From positions 248,001 to 312,000 of the forward strand of contig NIVC01000387.1 in NCBI GenBank assembly GCA_002269645.1: 64,000 bases of DNA, given 5' to 3'. This DNA comes from Macrostomum lignano (lineage: Eukaryota). This document shows positions 47,996 through 61,485 of this stretch, piece after piece. A program made the position numbers and the translations under genes. Below the pieces are notes generated by a model. The model saw nothing but the letters and a program-made list of their open reading frames with translations, did not search any database and was not told the DNA's origin. Each line of letters opens with the position of its first letter. Positions within the stretch are counted from its first letter, which is position 1.

Positions 47996-48409
47996 ATGGC
48001 GTCCGCCTGGACCTGGATCCTCTGCTTGCTCGCCATCCTGGCCGCCATGGCTGTGCTCACCTGTCTCGTCTTGTGCTGCCTCTGCTCCCGCTACACCCGC
48101 CGCCGCCGCCGCCCGCCAGCTCCGTTCTGCGACTTCCAGCCGGACCAGACCGGGCACCTCTACAGTCACGTGATATTCGCGGACCGGACTTACCAGGCCC
48201 GGATGGGCGAGAGGCACAGCCGGATTGCCAATCAGGCGGCGCAGACTGAGCCTGCCGCGCCTCACGTGTCTCAGCTGCACCCCGCCTACCTGCCGCCCGC
48301 CTACAGCGAGGTTGTCGGCGACAGAGGCGGCAGCGGCGGCCATCCAGACGATGACGACCAGCCACCGCCGAACTATGCCGCCGCCGTAGCCGCTGCCGCC
48401 AATGTCTGA
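47996..48409 (+). CDS. Small single-pass membrane protein with a Cys cluster and two PY motifs (WBP1/VOPP1/Shisa-like architecture)
   Basis: 137-aa GC-rich ORF: hydrophobic helix, CCLC, RRRRR stop-transfer, LPPAY and PPPNY. Confidence 0.7.
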   Translation: MASAWTWILCLLAILAAMAVLTCLVLCCLCSRYTRRRRRPPAPFCDFQPDQTGHLYSHVIFADRTYQARMGERHSRIANQAAQTEPAAPHVSQLHPAYLPPAYSEVVGDRGGSGGHPDDDDQPPPNYAAAVAAAANV

Positions 48410-50574
48410 CTGCTTGCTCAGTCTCTGTTTTCTAACGAAACTCTGTGCCACCTTCAGCTCTGCTCAAAACCTTTTATTCTCTTGGAATGAGTCTTGGTGC
48501 CAGTAGAGCCGTGATGTGGGCCCCTCTACCTCTCCTGCTCTCCATCGCCTCTCCCTCCTCCCCTCACCCCTTTCTCACTACTCTCCCCTATCCTTCCAGC
48601 GTTTTGTTCGTTTTGTACTTTTATTTCGTTGCCACAGCTCTTATCCATGTCTGCCCCATTGTCGGTGGTGCTGATGTTTCTAGTTTTTTGTGATTTATTA
48701 TCGAACAAGGCTGAGTTGATAGGTGAGCTATCCGATTGTGCATTTTTAATTGAGTTGTCTTCTTAATGCTGATTGTGCCTTTAACCTGTTTATATACCAG
48801 TTTATATGAACCCGACTGTTCGCGCTGGCTTTAATTCGAACAAATTTATCCAATTTTATTGCAACTATATTACTTTAAGTAGCTATGTTGAAGGGATTCG
48901 CTTCTAGCTCTATTTTAACAGTGGATTCAGCTGCAGCTTTGCAGGGTACTTTTGTATGCGGAGCCTTCCCTCCATTCTCCTGCTCTCTATTGCTGTTATG
49001 CTACAGTGGATTGTGCTGCATTTCAATTGCTTTGGTTATTGCTCTGTCACAGATTGATGCTCAAGTACATCAACTGCACAGACCGTGCTTTCGTGCTGCT
49101 TCTCAAGGCACCCCAGAAACTTTGCCAGCCGTGTCTTCTTTGATGCTTTTCCTCTTTTAGAGCTGCGACTCTGCAATGCCGAATATCTACAGATTCTAAT
49201 TTAGATTTCTGTACAAGCGTATGTATTCCGTGACCATGATTTCCGCCTGTCGAACTACATGTACTTGAAGTTCCGGGGGTGGGGATTCCCCTCCCCGCCT
49301 GAAATATTATTTGCTGCGCCGAAACGGAGAAACGCAGGCACAAGAAATTCAAGAACACGGACTAAATTTTTGTTGCGCATCTTCTCAAGCAAGAATCAAG
49401 TCGCCAACCCTGCCGACCGTCGAGGTGTTCAACGGTTCTGCCAGAAGGTCGGATTTCTCCCATAAGCTCCAGTGTATTCAGTGCACCCCTGTGCACCAAT
49501 CAGCACTGCGCCTCAGTGCAGCCTTTCCAAGCCTCCAAATTTCATAAGACGGTCGACCAAGTTGGTAACTGGCTTTCACCCTGGAGGAACTTCTGGACCT
49601 TCAACAGGTGACACCAAATGACCATGGAACCCTGTTGCGAATGTCTCTGCTTCTGATCAAGCCTCGACAGTAGGCAAAGCTCAACAGCTATAATCTTTCA
49701 AGCATTCTGTCATCACCCCGACGCCGTCGGCACCTTCAACGGGTGACGCCAGATGACTGATTCACTATAAATATTGACAAAAATACTTTGGTTTGATTGA
49801 TGCCCAAACAAAAACAAGCGACTTTTAAGAGCCTGTAAAGGAGTATGTGTTACAATATATAAATGTAAATTTTGAATGGCTAAGCACAAGTGTCAGTGTA
49901 TTTAATGATTGGCAAAAATATGATTCTTAGTCCTTCCAGCTGACCTGAGCCTAAGTACACGAACGCGTACACACACGGTGTAACAGCGGCCTGATCTACA
50001 TATAACAGGTAAATTTGTAAAATGAAAAAACAGTTATTTGATAAGAAATGTGGATAAATAAAATAAAGCTGTTGTGGCAAAACTTGCAAAAATCTGGGCA
50101 ACAATTTTTTAGAGAAAATGGAAGTTAAATTCTATAAAAATAATGGCTTGCAAAAGGCAAAGCTGTTTTAGTACAATGGCACGCAGTTGGATTCACTACT
50201 GGGCATCGTGCAATAAGCTCCGATTCCTAAATAGAACATGCTTGGATACAGAAAGCATGAGGAAGCAGGCAGCTTGATGCATGTTGCTCTTAACAATTTG
50301 TTAATTCGCGCACAGGTATACTGTATAAAAAAATAGATCAGTAATCATTTACAAAAATCTTGTGCTTCTGCGCCGCTCATATCAGAATGCAGGATAGATT
50401 AACTCTACAAGCATTATATCAATCAGAATCAGTCAATTACGAGCGTATAAATGCACAAGGAACAGTGGCAAATTACTAACTTTCTGGCAGCCAAATCAAA
50501 ATACACTGAACATTTCTATGGCGTAGGCAACTGATCCACTGTGCAAGTTTAGTTTGAAATACTCTTAACCTATG

Positions 50575-50900
50575 CTGAAAATTGTCTATGGCTCAAGATA
50601 CTCTATGGCCCAAGATATCTATGGCTCAAAATAGACAATGGCTCAAGTTGTCTATGCCTCAAAATAGTTTATGGTTCAAGATACTCTATGGCCCAAGATA
50701 CTCTATGGGTCAAGATATTCTATATGGCTCAAAATAGACAATGGCTCAAAATAGTCTATGGCTCAAAAAAGTCTATAGGTCAAGATACGAGCAATCCTTG
50801 GCTCAAGATACTCCATGGCCCAAGATACTCTATGGCCTAAGATACTCTATGGCCCAAGATACTCTATGGGTCAAGATACTCTATAGGGCTCAAAATAGAC
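50575..50900. repeat. Diverged ~19-20 bp minisatellite (CTATGGCCCAAGATACTCT-like)
   Basis: Seen directly, downstream of the anoctamin stop. Confidence 0.85.
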
Positions 50901-50989
50901 TATAATGGCTGAAAAGTCTATCGTTTAAGCTCTAAAGTACTCAGCGAATCAAAATAGCTCATAGTTATGATTTTAAAACAGTCCACTGC

Positions 50990-51989
50990 TCAAACTGCAG
51001 CCTCTGCCTCCTTCCTCTCTGCCTGGTGCATCTGGCGGAACAGCGCTTTTCGTAGGAAACGCCGCTCGCGCCGAATTTCACGCCGCACGCCGGCCGGCAC
51101 CCTGGGCACCAGGCGCATGACCAGAGCTCGCAGCGCCAGCACCAGATGTTCAAACACCAGCACGAAGGACAGCCGGGCGGCCAGCACGTGCCAGTGCTCC
51201 GGTCGCCAGTTGTACGGCGGCTCCGGCTGGCGGAAGTCGCGGTAGTAGCAGATGGCCTCGCTGGAGTTCGCCACCTGCGAGGCGGCCTCAAAGTCGGCGG
51301 TGTTGAAGCTGGACAGGCGCCACTCGATGTAGCCGTCGAAGCTGCCGTTGCTGGCCGTCAGCCGGTAGACGAGGCGCGGCACCTGCTCAGAGGTGAACCC
51401 GACCACCACGGCATTGGTGACCAGCGACAGGGCACCGAGGGAGGACATGATCTGCTCCCAGGCTCCGATGTCGCTGGCGCGGCGGGCCAGCGGACGGCGC
51501 ATCAGGCGGAGCATCTTCCAGGCGTCGAGACGCAGTTCCTGCGGGTTGAACACCGGCCAGGACCCGATAATTAGTCGAGGGATTCCGCTGACCCCTGAGC
51601 ACCACTGAGGCCCTAACGAGCTCACCATCACATTATTCAGCAGTGCAAACATCGGCGCCAACGGCATGGCGGCCATGAACAGGGTGAGGAAGCCGAACTG
51701 CAGCACCATCTCCAGGTACTCGTCAAACAGGTGCAGCTTTCTACTGGGCGCGAGGGCCCAGTCCTCCTCCCACTGCGGCTGCGGCGGCCGCTGCTTGCCG
51801 GCTTGCAGCTCGGCTGCCTGCAGATTTTTAGCCCGCATCCGATGAACGATGAGGCGCTTGACCGTCGGCAGGCCCATCTCGGTGGCCATGCTCAGCAGCT
51901 GCTTGACCACGAAGACCACCAGCATCTGGATCACCAGCTCCACCTGCGAACGGTGCGGGAAAATGAAACGGACTGCGGATTCAACCTCA

Positions 51990-52042
<53 letters not shown>

Positions 52043-54991
52043 ACGCACCGGGCACTTGTTGGTACGGTATACAATGGTGGGCACTTATTTTGCAATTTTT
52101 TTTGACACACGAAAACACACACATGCACACAGTGCAATGACCTATTAAGTATTTTTAGCATTTAAATGATGAAAAAAAGCATACATTGAAATAAAAAAAC
52201 ACGTCCCATACTAATAGTATGATCTATTGAAAGTGAAGGAATAGCATATCATCGTGTAACTATATTGTCCTCAGTCCAGCGAATTCAGCATTACTTGAAA
52301 TACAAAAGGCTTCGTTAAAGCCAATCCACATGAAGGAAAAACTAGTTATAAGCAGTCAATTTACCTTTACCTTTACTAATACGCTATAATGCTGTACGGA
52401 ATATGCCTGACTAATATGAATAAAAAATTCAATTACACTTGCGCTTAGGAAAAAACCTAAAATTGACAGTGAAACTGAAAAACTGAAACGCAGAGATTAG
52501 TTAAGCAGATTAAACAACAAATTCCGGTCGAGTGAGAAAACAGAAGTCTCGTTATTTAGAGAACTCTGGCATCCAGCATTACGCTCGTAGTCTATTAGCT
52601 GCTCTCCTGAGTTCGAAGCTGACAGGTCCGTTGCAGTCGGCATCGGTTGAGTCGACTGCCAATTTAGTCAATGGGTTTCGTTTCTTCTTTTCACTGAAAC
52701 CTGTGGTGGGATTAGCAAAAGATCGATTTCGCATATCTGTTAAGTGATTTCAAGGACGACAAAATCATTCTTCTCTGCATGTCTACTCCAGAAGATGCTA
52801 GTTTGCTTGCAGCTTTCTGTAGGAGCATTCTACTTTAGTAAAGTGTACCCATTCTAAAATAAGCTGTTTTTAACATGTCCCAACAAGTCTCTGTGCAGTG
52901 TGTCATCCGTTTGCCCATCAATTTGTTCTGGAGCCCTTTATTAATTGAGTTCTTTAGGTGACTTAACAAATGCGGAAAAAACTAGACACACACACAGTGG
53001 CCCAACACTTCGTGTCCCAATAATTGCTAGGAAAAATGCACTGCAGTGTTTAAGCATCTCCTCTGAGGGGCCCTTGCATGCATAGCTATAGAATCTGCTA
53101 AGACCCGATCTGAGAGTTAAAAGTACAAAAAGTTATAACGCTTCTAGACACGAAAACGAATGCAGCCACAGCATGAACTAACCTTTCATTGAAGCTTCTG
53201 CTTAAGACTTTGATGCTGTGAAGCATTCTGGCATCTAGCATTACTCTCGTAGACTATTAGCTGCTCTCCTGAGTTCGAAGCTGACAGGTCCGTTGCAGTC
53301 GGCATAGATTGAGTCGACTGCCAATTTAGTCAATGCGTTTCGTTTCTTCTTTTCACTGAAACCTGTGGTGGGATTAGCAAAAGATCAATTTCGCATATCT
53401 GTTAAGTGATTTCAAGGACGACAAAATCATTCTTCTCTGCATGTCTACTCCAGAAGATGCTAGTTTGCTTGCAGCTTTCTGTAGGAGCATTCTACTTTAG
53501 TAAAGTGTACCCATTCTAAAATAAGCTGTTTTTAATTTGTCCCAACAAGTCTCTGTGCAGTGTGTCATCCGTTTGCCCAACAATTTGTTCTGGAGCCCTT
53601 TATTAATTGAGTTCTTTAGGTGACTTAACAAATGCGGAAAAAACTAGACACACACACACAGTGGCCCAACACTTCGTGTCCCAATAATTGCTAGGAAAAA
53701 TGCACTGCAGTGTTTAAGCATCTCCTCTGAGGGGCCCTTGCATGCATAGCTATAGAATCTGCTAAGACCCGATCTGAGAGTTAAAAGTACAAAACTTATA
53801 ATTTTTGTGGTTGGACACGTAGGCTATTGAATGTCAATGGATTCAGACGAAATGTCAAGTTTTACTCAAAGCTTTTACAGCTTACCGGTTAAAGTCGACG
53901 GATACTTTGGCAATTGCGCCACATGGCAGTTGATCAAAGGTGATATACCTGAAGTAAAGGTAGGTACTGCTTGGCAGGAGCAGTATTTTTCATAGCATTG
54001 AAATATAAATGCTTCTTGTTTCCGACAAAGTTTTTTAATACCACTTACATGTTTCTCGCTGTGCCATTACATGCTGTTCTTTCCATACCATGGTGACTCG
54101 GGTGCCATGGCAGAGGCAGAGTTGACCATTGATTTCAGCATAGCGAGTACATGCCAATTTAGTTTTACCGTACGTTTGCGGGGTGGCGTCAATAATAGAC
54201 CAAAATAAATGTACACTTAACTAGCAAGGGGACTCTGGTAAATTGGAGCCATGTACACAGGGGGGTAGGGCTTAGTCCTAACATGTACGGGGTAAGTCCT
54301 AATATGAGTGGGCTTTTGTAAACGACACTCTAGCACACAGTCCCAACAATTTATAGAATATCGAATGCGCGCAGCAGTCAATAGCATGAGTCCTAACAAG
54401 AGTGGGCAGTTGTATTCAACACTGCAACACTGTTCTAACAATTTAGTTCGTGTAGAGTACTGATGCCCATCACAGTCAGAAGTACATGTAAGCCCTTGTC
54501 ATTTCTTTAGGTTTATCTCCATCCAGAACCATCCTTTGACAATAAAATATACCCTTAAAAGTGTTTTGCTATGCTTTGCTTTGTATGTATTTTAATGTAT
54601 GCTATGTATTTACGTCTTGAAACAAAGACTGCAGCAAATGAATGCGCTTGAAATCTACTATTAGTAAAAATATGAGAAAAAACCAATAAAAATATGCGGG
54701 AGCAGATTAGCCATTTCAGTGTCCCAATAGTGATTTGGTCGAATTTTGTATCATTTTTCCTTATTGGGACGCCAGTTTTTGCTTATTTATTGACACAGAA
54801 AGTAAAATTATTAAAAATGAGTTGCACCATCAAAAAGAGGCTGTCGAGCTGAATCCATAGAGTATTTTTTGAGCTGCTATTGTAAGTTTTTTGGAAGTGT
54901 TGGACGGACTTGATGGGACAGTCCCAACATTTTTTTTGGCCCAACAGTGCGGGTCCCGTTGTACGCGTATGGCCCAACATATGCCCCGTGC

Positions 54992-55022
<31 letters not shown>

Positions 55023-58000
55023 GGTTAGTCGGTCGCTACTGGCAGCCAGCGAGGAGGCAAAAACAGCCATACTAATTGCGTTGATTTTCGCTGTCAAGAG
55101 AAATTATTTATAAGAAAAATGTATTACCTACTCTACTCAGTAGAAATGCAGGCAAATTACATTAAATAATGAAATTAGCGCACATAAATCCTGTTAAAAG
55201 TAAAAATATTCTGTTTTCAATTAGTCCCGTCACAAATCTTTGATCATGCATACCCGCATGTACACAGCGGCCACCTTGATAGGCAAGAATCACACGTACA
55301 TGTAAGCTCCTAGCCAAATAGATGCGGCCGTGAGGGCGGAAAGAACCCACGGAACTTTGGCGCAAGAGTCAGAGGGTCCGTGCTATAAAATACTACTAAG
55401 GGTATGAATTGACTCTATAAAGGGTCAGGAGTCTTGAATTTTCAGAGCTACTGGGGTAACACTACTGGGGTCACTACTGGGTTCACACTACTGGGGACGC
55501 ACTACTGGGGTCACACTACTGGGGTCACACTACTGGGGTCACACTACTGCAGGGTCACACTACTGCGGTCACACTACTGCGGTCACACTACTGCGGTCAC
55601 ACTACTGCAGGGTCACACTACAGCGGTCACACTACTGCGGTCACACTACTGCGGTCACACTACTGCGGTCACACTACTGCGGTCACACTACTGCGGTCAC
55701 ACTACTGCGGTCACACTACTGCGGTCACACTACTGCAGGGTCACACTACTGCGGTCAGACTACTGCAGGGTCACACTACTGCGGTCACACTACTGCAGGG
55801 TCTCACTACTGCGGTCACACTACTGCAGGGTCTCACTACTGCGGTCACACTACTGCAGGGTCTCACTACTGCGGTCACACTACTGCGGTCACACTACTGC
55901 GGTCACACTACTGCAGGGTCTCACTACTGCGGTCACACTACTGCAGGGTCACACTACAGCGGTCACACTACTGCAGGGTCACACTACTGCGGTCACACTA
56001 CTGCGGTCACACTACTGCGGTCACACTACTGCAGGGTCACACTACTGCGGTCACACTACTGCAGGGTCACACTACTGCAGGGTCACACTACAGCGGTCAC
56101 ACTACTGCGGTCACACTACTGCGGTCACACTACTGCGGTCACACTACTGCAGGGTCACACTACTGCGGTCACACTACTGCGGTCACACTACTGCAGGGTC
56201 ACACTACTGCGGTCACACTACTGCAGGGTCACACTACTGCAGGGTCACACTACTGCAGGGTCACACTACTGGGGACGCACCATGCAGCCAGCCGGGTCGC
56301 ACTCCTCTGGTCTGGCGTCAAGCCACAGCCTGGTGTAGCTGCCCGGCCGGCCGTGGAACTGGCCCTTGAAGAAGGCGATGTAGAACACCGAGGCGTAATA
56401 GTTGACGAACTGGAAGCAGTACATCTTCACCGTGTACGAGTTCTCGTAGCCAGCGTCCGTTCGTCGCAGCTCGAGCTCGGTGAGGCGCAGGGCCAGCTTG
56501 CTGTACACCAGGTTCAGCAGCATGATGCACGCGATGTTGAGCACGGCGGCTGTCAGCGAGGTGATGATGCGGGCCCGGCTGGTGGGCAGCGTGTCCAGCG
56601 AGGTCAGCACCTGTGAAGTTTGGGTTCAGGATCAGTGTTGGGTCAAGTCGTGAGAGCACAGAGGGTGAGAGCACAGAGGGTGAGAACACAGGTGAGAGCA
56701 CAGAGGGTGAGAACACAGAGGGTGAGAACACAGAGGGTGAGAACACAGAGGGTGAGAACACAGAGGGTGAAAGCACAGAGGGTGAGAGCACAGAGGGTGA
56801 GAACACAGAAGGTGAGAGCACAGGGTGAGAGCACAGAGGGTGAGAACACAGAAGGTGAGAGCACAGGGTGAGAGCACAGAGGGTGAGAACACAGGGTGAG
56901 AACACAGAGGGTGAGAACACAGAGGGTGAAAGCACAGAGGGTGAGAGCACAGGGTGAGAGCACAGAGGGTGAGAGCACAGAGGGTGAGAGCACAGAGGGT
57001 GAGAGCACAGAGGGTGAGAGCACAGGGTGAGAGCACAGAGGGTGAGAGCACAGAGGGTGAGAGCACAGAGGGTGAGAACACAGAGGGTGTGAACACAGAA
57101 GGTGAGAGCACAGGGTGAGAGCACAGAGGGTGAGAGCACAGAGGGTGCTCTCAGAGCTCCCATCTACTTTACTTTAAGAAGCTTTTCCACCTATGGATGC
57201 TAGAGGACGACAGCTACGAGGGGGCGCAAGCTACAGAGGGGCGCCAGCTACAGAGGGGGTGCCAGCTACAAAGGGGCGCCAGCTACAGAGGGGGCGCCAG
57301 CTACAGAGGGGCGCCAGCTACAGAGGGGCGCCAGCTACAGAGGGGCGCAAGCTACAGAGGGGCGCCAGCTACAAAGGGGCGCCAGCTACAGAGGGGGCGC
57401 CAGCTACAGAGGGGGCGCCAGCTACAGAGGGGCACCAGCTACAAAAGAGGCGCCAGCTACAGAGGGGCGCAAGCTACAGAGGGGCGCCAGCTACAAAGGG
57501 GCGCCAGCTACAGAGGGGGCGCCAGCTACAGAGGGGGCGCCAGCTACAGAGGGGCACCAGCTACAAAAGAGGCGCCAGCTACAGAGGGGGCGCCATCTAC
57601 ATCCGGGACTCTGTTATCCATGGCTAAGCAGCAACCACTAGAGTTCCAAGGCTCACCACCAGGATGCACAGCCGGTACACGATGACGCCGACTACAACAG
57701 CCAGCACCAGGCACAGCATGAAGGCCACGGTGGCGGTGCTCAGGCACAGTCTGGGGGCCCGCTGTCGCGGCGGCAGACCCTCCTGCAGGAGCCGCCGGCT
57801 CTCCGCTGCAGCTTCGGCCTCCTCGTCATCGACAGCCTCCTCAGCCGCAACGTCATCCACGCGTCTCGGCAGCCGCGGAAGGATGCGCCGAACAAACTCC
57901 GGGCGGGGCGCCGGCTCCAGACGGAGGTCAGCAACGTCCCAGCAGCGGCGCAGCTCGGCCTGCCGCCGGCGCCAGAAGTCCAGCAGGCAGGCAGCCCACA

Positions 58001-59422
58001 AGGCGGTCAGGAGGGACAGCAGGACGGTGGCCTCGTTGTCGAAAACGCGCACCATTCGGGAGTAGAGGCAGCTCTGGCCCAGGCGGGTGAAGTCGCAGGC
58101 CCGGTCGCAAGCCGGGCACAGCACCAGATCAGCGATCCGCGAATCTCGGCATACCTCATCGGCGGTGGCGTCCCCGGCAACGGTTGCTAAGCCATAGAAA
58201 AAGGCCAGGCAGCCCAGCGCGGCCAGCGGCACCAGCCACTTGTTGTAGAAACCCAGCCAAGCAAAGTACATCGCGATCTTCTCGCCCAGGTATCGCCGCA
58301 TGGGCTCCATGGGCTGCAGACGCCACCAGTGCTTGGCGGTGGCCCAGCTGCGCACCAGATTCTCCCGCTCGGGCTCCGAGTGCATAGGGTAGCAGTCGGC
58401 CAGGGCACCTGGCAACACCATCAGACATTTGGGGCAGGGGGCTGTATGCACTCTGGCGCACTCTAAGCGACATTGTAACACAACCGGCGGGAGGCATTAC
58501 TGCCCATTCCGCCGACTCCCCTGAGCAGGCACACAAGCGCGCGGAAACGTACGCAGTCATACGCACAGGCACTCACTCACAGGAGTGTACAGCGGCCATA
58601 ACTTTATTTAACGTTACTCGCAGTCATGTACACTTCACTGTGCTTTGGGGGTTGACTCTCAAGGCCGTTAATTGCACGAGCAGAGCCAAGCCGAGATTCC
58701 AATTCAGCCCCAAATTAATTTGATTGCACTTGGAATCGAGCCTGGGCCGCTGCATGGTACACCAGAGCGCCCTGACAGTCAGCCATGGCCAAGTTCAAAG
58801 CTCAGACAAATGGCATGATTAAAACCTGCTCACCCGAGGCCAGACAGCCCGAAAACTCGGGCAGCAGGGCCAGAGCCTCGTAAAGCAGCAGCGAGCGCTG
58901 AGCCGGCGTAAAGAAATTCTCCTGGTCCTCCGAGTTCAGGAACAGTTCCAGTCGAGCCTTCTGAAAGGGCGCCGAGTACAGGCGGTCTCGGTCCTGGTTG
59001 CAATCCTCCAGCGGCGCGCCGGCCACCGACTTCAAGCAGCTGACGGATACTTTCGAGGAGGCTGCGGAGGCGGCATCGTCGCCTTCGCCGTCCAGCTGCT
59101 GAGCCAGCGGCATCTCCAGCCGGCTGGCCTCGGCCTGCGCCGCCAGCAGGTCGAACGGCGCCCTCACCAGCAGGAAGCCGGTGGTTGCGGCGGCGCCACC
59201 GGCGGCAGCGATGACAGCGCCGGCGGAGGTGGGCGGTGGCCTCATCTGGACGGCCACGCCGAGGGAGGTCAAGCGCGCCCGCAAGGCACTCTGCTCCTCC
59301 TTCCGCTCCGGCTCAGTCGAGGCGCCCAGGGCCAGCACCAGGTCGGCGTGGAACTCGCCGCTGCCGCCGGTTTCGTCAATGCCGCAAGAATTCTGAGCCG
59401 GCTCTTCCTGCAGCTCATGCAT
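50990..59422 (-). CDS. Anoctamin/TMEM16 family protein, 5 exons
   Basis: Exons 59422-58834, 58408-57657, 56610-56281, 51943-51626, 51538-50990; GT-AG and phase compatible. Motifs: [103 protein letters not shown]. Confidence 0.95.
52565..53802. repeat. ~575-bp direct duplication (52565-~53138 and 53227-~53802) in anoctamin intron 3
   Basis: Offset 662; few substitutions and a (CA)n length difference; ~88-bp spacer. Confidence 0.9.
55445..56272. repeat. 14/16-bp minisatellite (GGTCACACTACTGC[AG])n
   Basis: Abuts the anoctamin exon-3 donor. Confidence 0.95.
56650..57147. repeat. 15-bp minisatellite (GGGTGAGAGCACAGA)n
   Basis: Anoctamin intron 2. Confidence 0.95.
57205..57597. repeat. ~18-bp minisatellite (GGGGCGCCAGCTACAGAG)n
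   Basis: Anoctamin intron 2. Confidence 0.93.
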
Positions 59423-61485
59423 TCCCCACTGAGCTGTGGATTTTGTGTTTAAAACAGTCACAAGCAGTAATCGTTTGAAAACAAAAGTTTATTTGTTTCG
59501 AATTAAGAATTCATATCACCAAGTTAGGGTATAGATTAGAGTTTTTCATTTCTTATGATGGCATAGGTTATTTATCTGATTTATTTCTACAAATTTAATA
59601 TTAATGAATAATAAATGTCAAGGTGAAGAACAAGACAGCTATGAAATATGAAAGATTACACACGATCAAATAAATTTAATGTAGTTACTTTGCAAACAAA
59701 ACTAGAAGTGCAATTTATTTCATGTAAAAACTATAACTAATTAGAACTAATTAGAAACTAATTATGATTTAAAATTTTGAAACTTAAATGAGTTTAATCC
59801 TGCATATGGAGCTAAAATAAATAAGTTCAAACTTTTGTTGAAAATATTTTATTTAATTTAACCTTTCCAGAGATCTTTTTAAACGCTAAATTTCAAGATA
59901 TCGTGTTTTTGTTTGCTTTTTGCAAATATGATGCGTTTTGAAAGAGTCTTACTTAAACAACTCTTAAATTTAATTATACAACACAGTAATTACAGTGTCG
60001 AGGCAAAGAAGATAAACAGAATGAAATCGAATGATATTTTAACCCTGTTTTCATTAAAAATTGAGCTAGTGCTGTATTTTAAGGTATATATGTAATTCTA
60101 TTATCAAATATTAGTATCGAGGCCGGAAGTGAGTCTGTACCTGTGACTCTGTGCCAGAAAAAATAGCATTGACAGTTGACACCCGTCAATTTTTAAATAG
60201 GTACTTATAGAGGAAGTTAAATTTAAGGAACGCTTTTAAAGAACGAATAAAATGAACGAGCTACAAATTTAAAAAGCGTTGTAGATGCTAATGTAACAAT
60301 TTATCGGCACGAATGTTTTTAAATTTTACACCCAAATTTGTTTTTTCATTTATCCGTTTCTTTTGTTTTATTACTATGCACTTAAAAATGTATTTTCCGG
60401 ACATAATTAAAGCATCAACTATATCCGTATTCGGATCACAGACCTTGTAATAAGCTAGTTTGAACAGAGTCTTATTTTATTTTGGGTAATTTTATTTCAT
60501 ATTAAAATACATAAACCAAGCGCTGTTTCTTCTTTGACCTAAAATTTATTCGAGATTCAAGAACATAAAATAAAGTTTTTAAGAAGAATAGGCACAATTT
60601 ATATGAATTCATAGTAGTATAGATATACCGGTATACCCACCTCCAGTCGCCAAAACCATGCGGCAAACTAATAGCTTGTATATGAGTGGTAAATTTATAT
60701 GCTACATTTAAACTAGACCAGACTATGATCAGGGACTATACTTAAACTAGAGATTTAAGTATAAGTAGGTAATCCTTTCTATAGGATTAAAAAATCTGCT
60801 CATTAATCATCCGTTGACACGACGAACTGACAATCGAGTTTTGACCATTGTGACCATGAACATGATTTAAACTGCTGTTATCAAATCTTATCAGTTGCCT
60901 AGAAAAATTGATACAAGTACAATTTTCAGAGTTAGCTGTGCCTGAGCACTGCTGCTTGAATTTAGAGCATGCAAAAAAGGCTACAGAAGATGCATGTACC
61001 CGTGCTACCCGGAAAAATTGTAGTACCAAGGAAGGACTACTTAACTAGCTAGTGGTCCTTGTGTAGTACTAACGGACTTTCAACTCATTATGTACTATCA
61101 GAAACAGCCATCCACACTACCAGGCCCGGGGCAGGTACAATATACCCAGCAGAACTAGCGCGAGTCCCTCTTAAACCCCGAATTATCTTGCTGCAATTGT
61201 ATTTTTTACTTAAAATTTTCCACCACGGTGTCGCCTTTATTAGTAAAGCTCGCTCAGCCGCTACTTTTCACCTTATAGGTTACCTTATCTCTAAGCCTAC
61301 TCAAGCAACTTTCTCACTTTCCTACTCAACAACCCCCCCCCCCTAGCTAAACTTTGACTTTGACAACACTGGCTCTGTATAAAGAGAAGTTGAAAGGGGA
61401 AGGACACAGAGAGAGAGAATTAGAGGTTAGAGCCAATTTTGCGCCACAGTGATTCTTTGTACCTTTGCGACACCCCGCCGCTACA

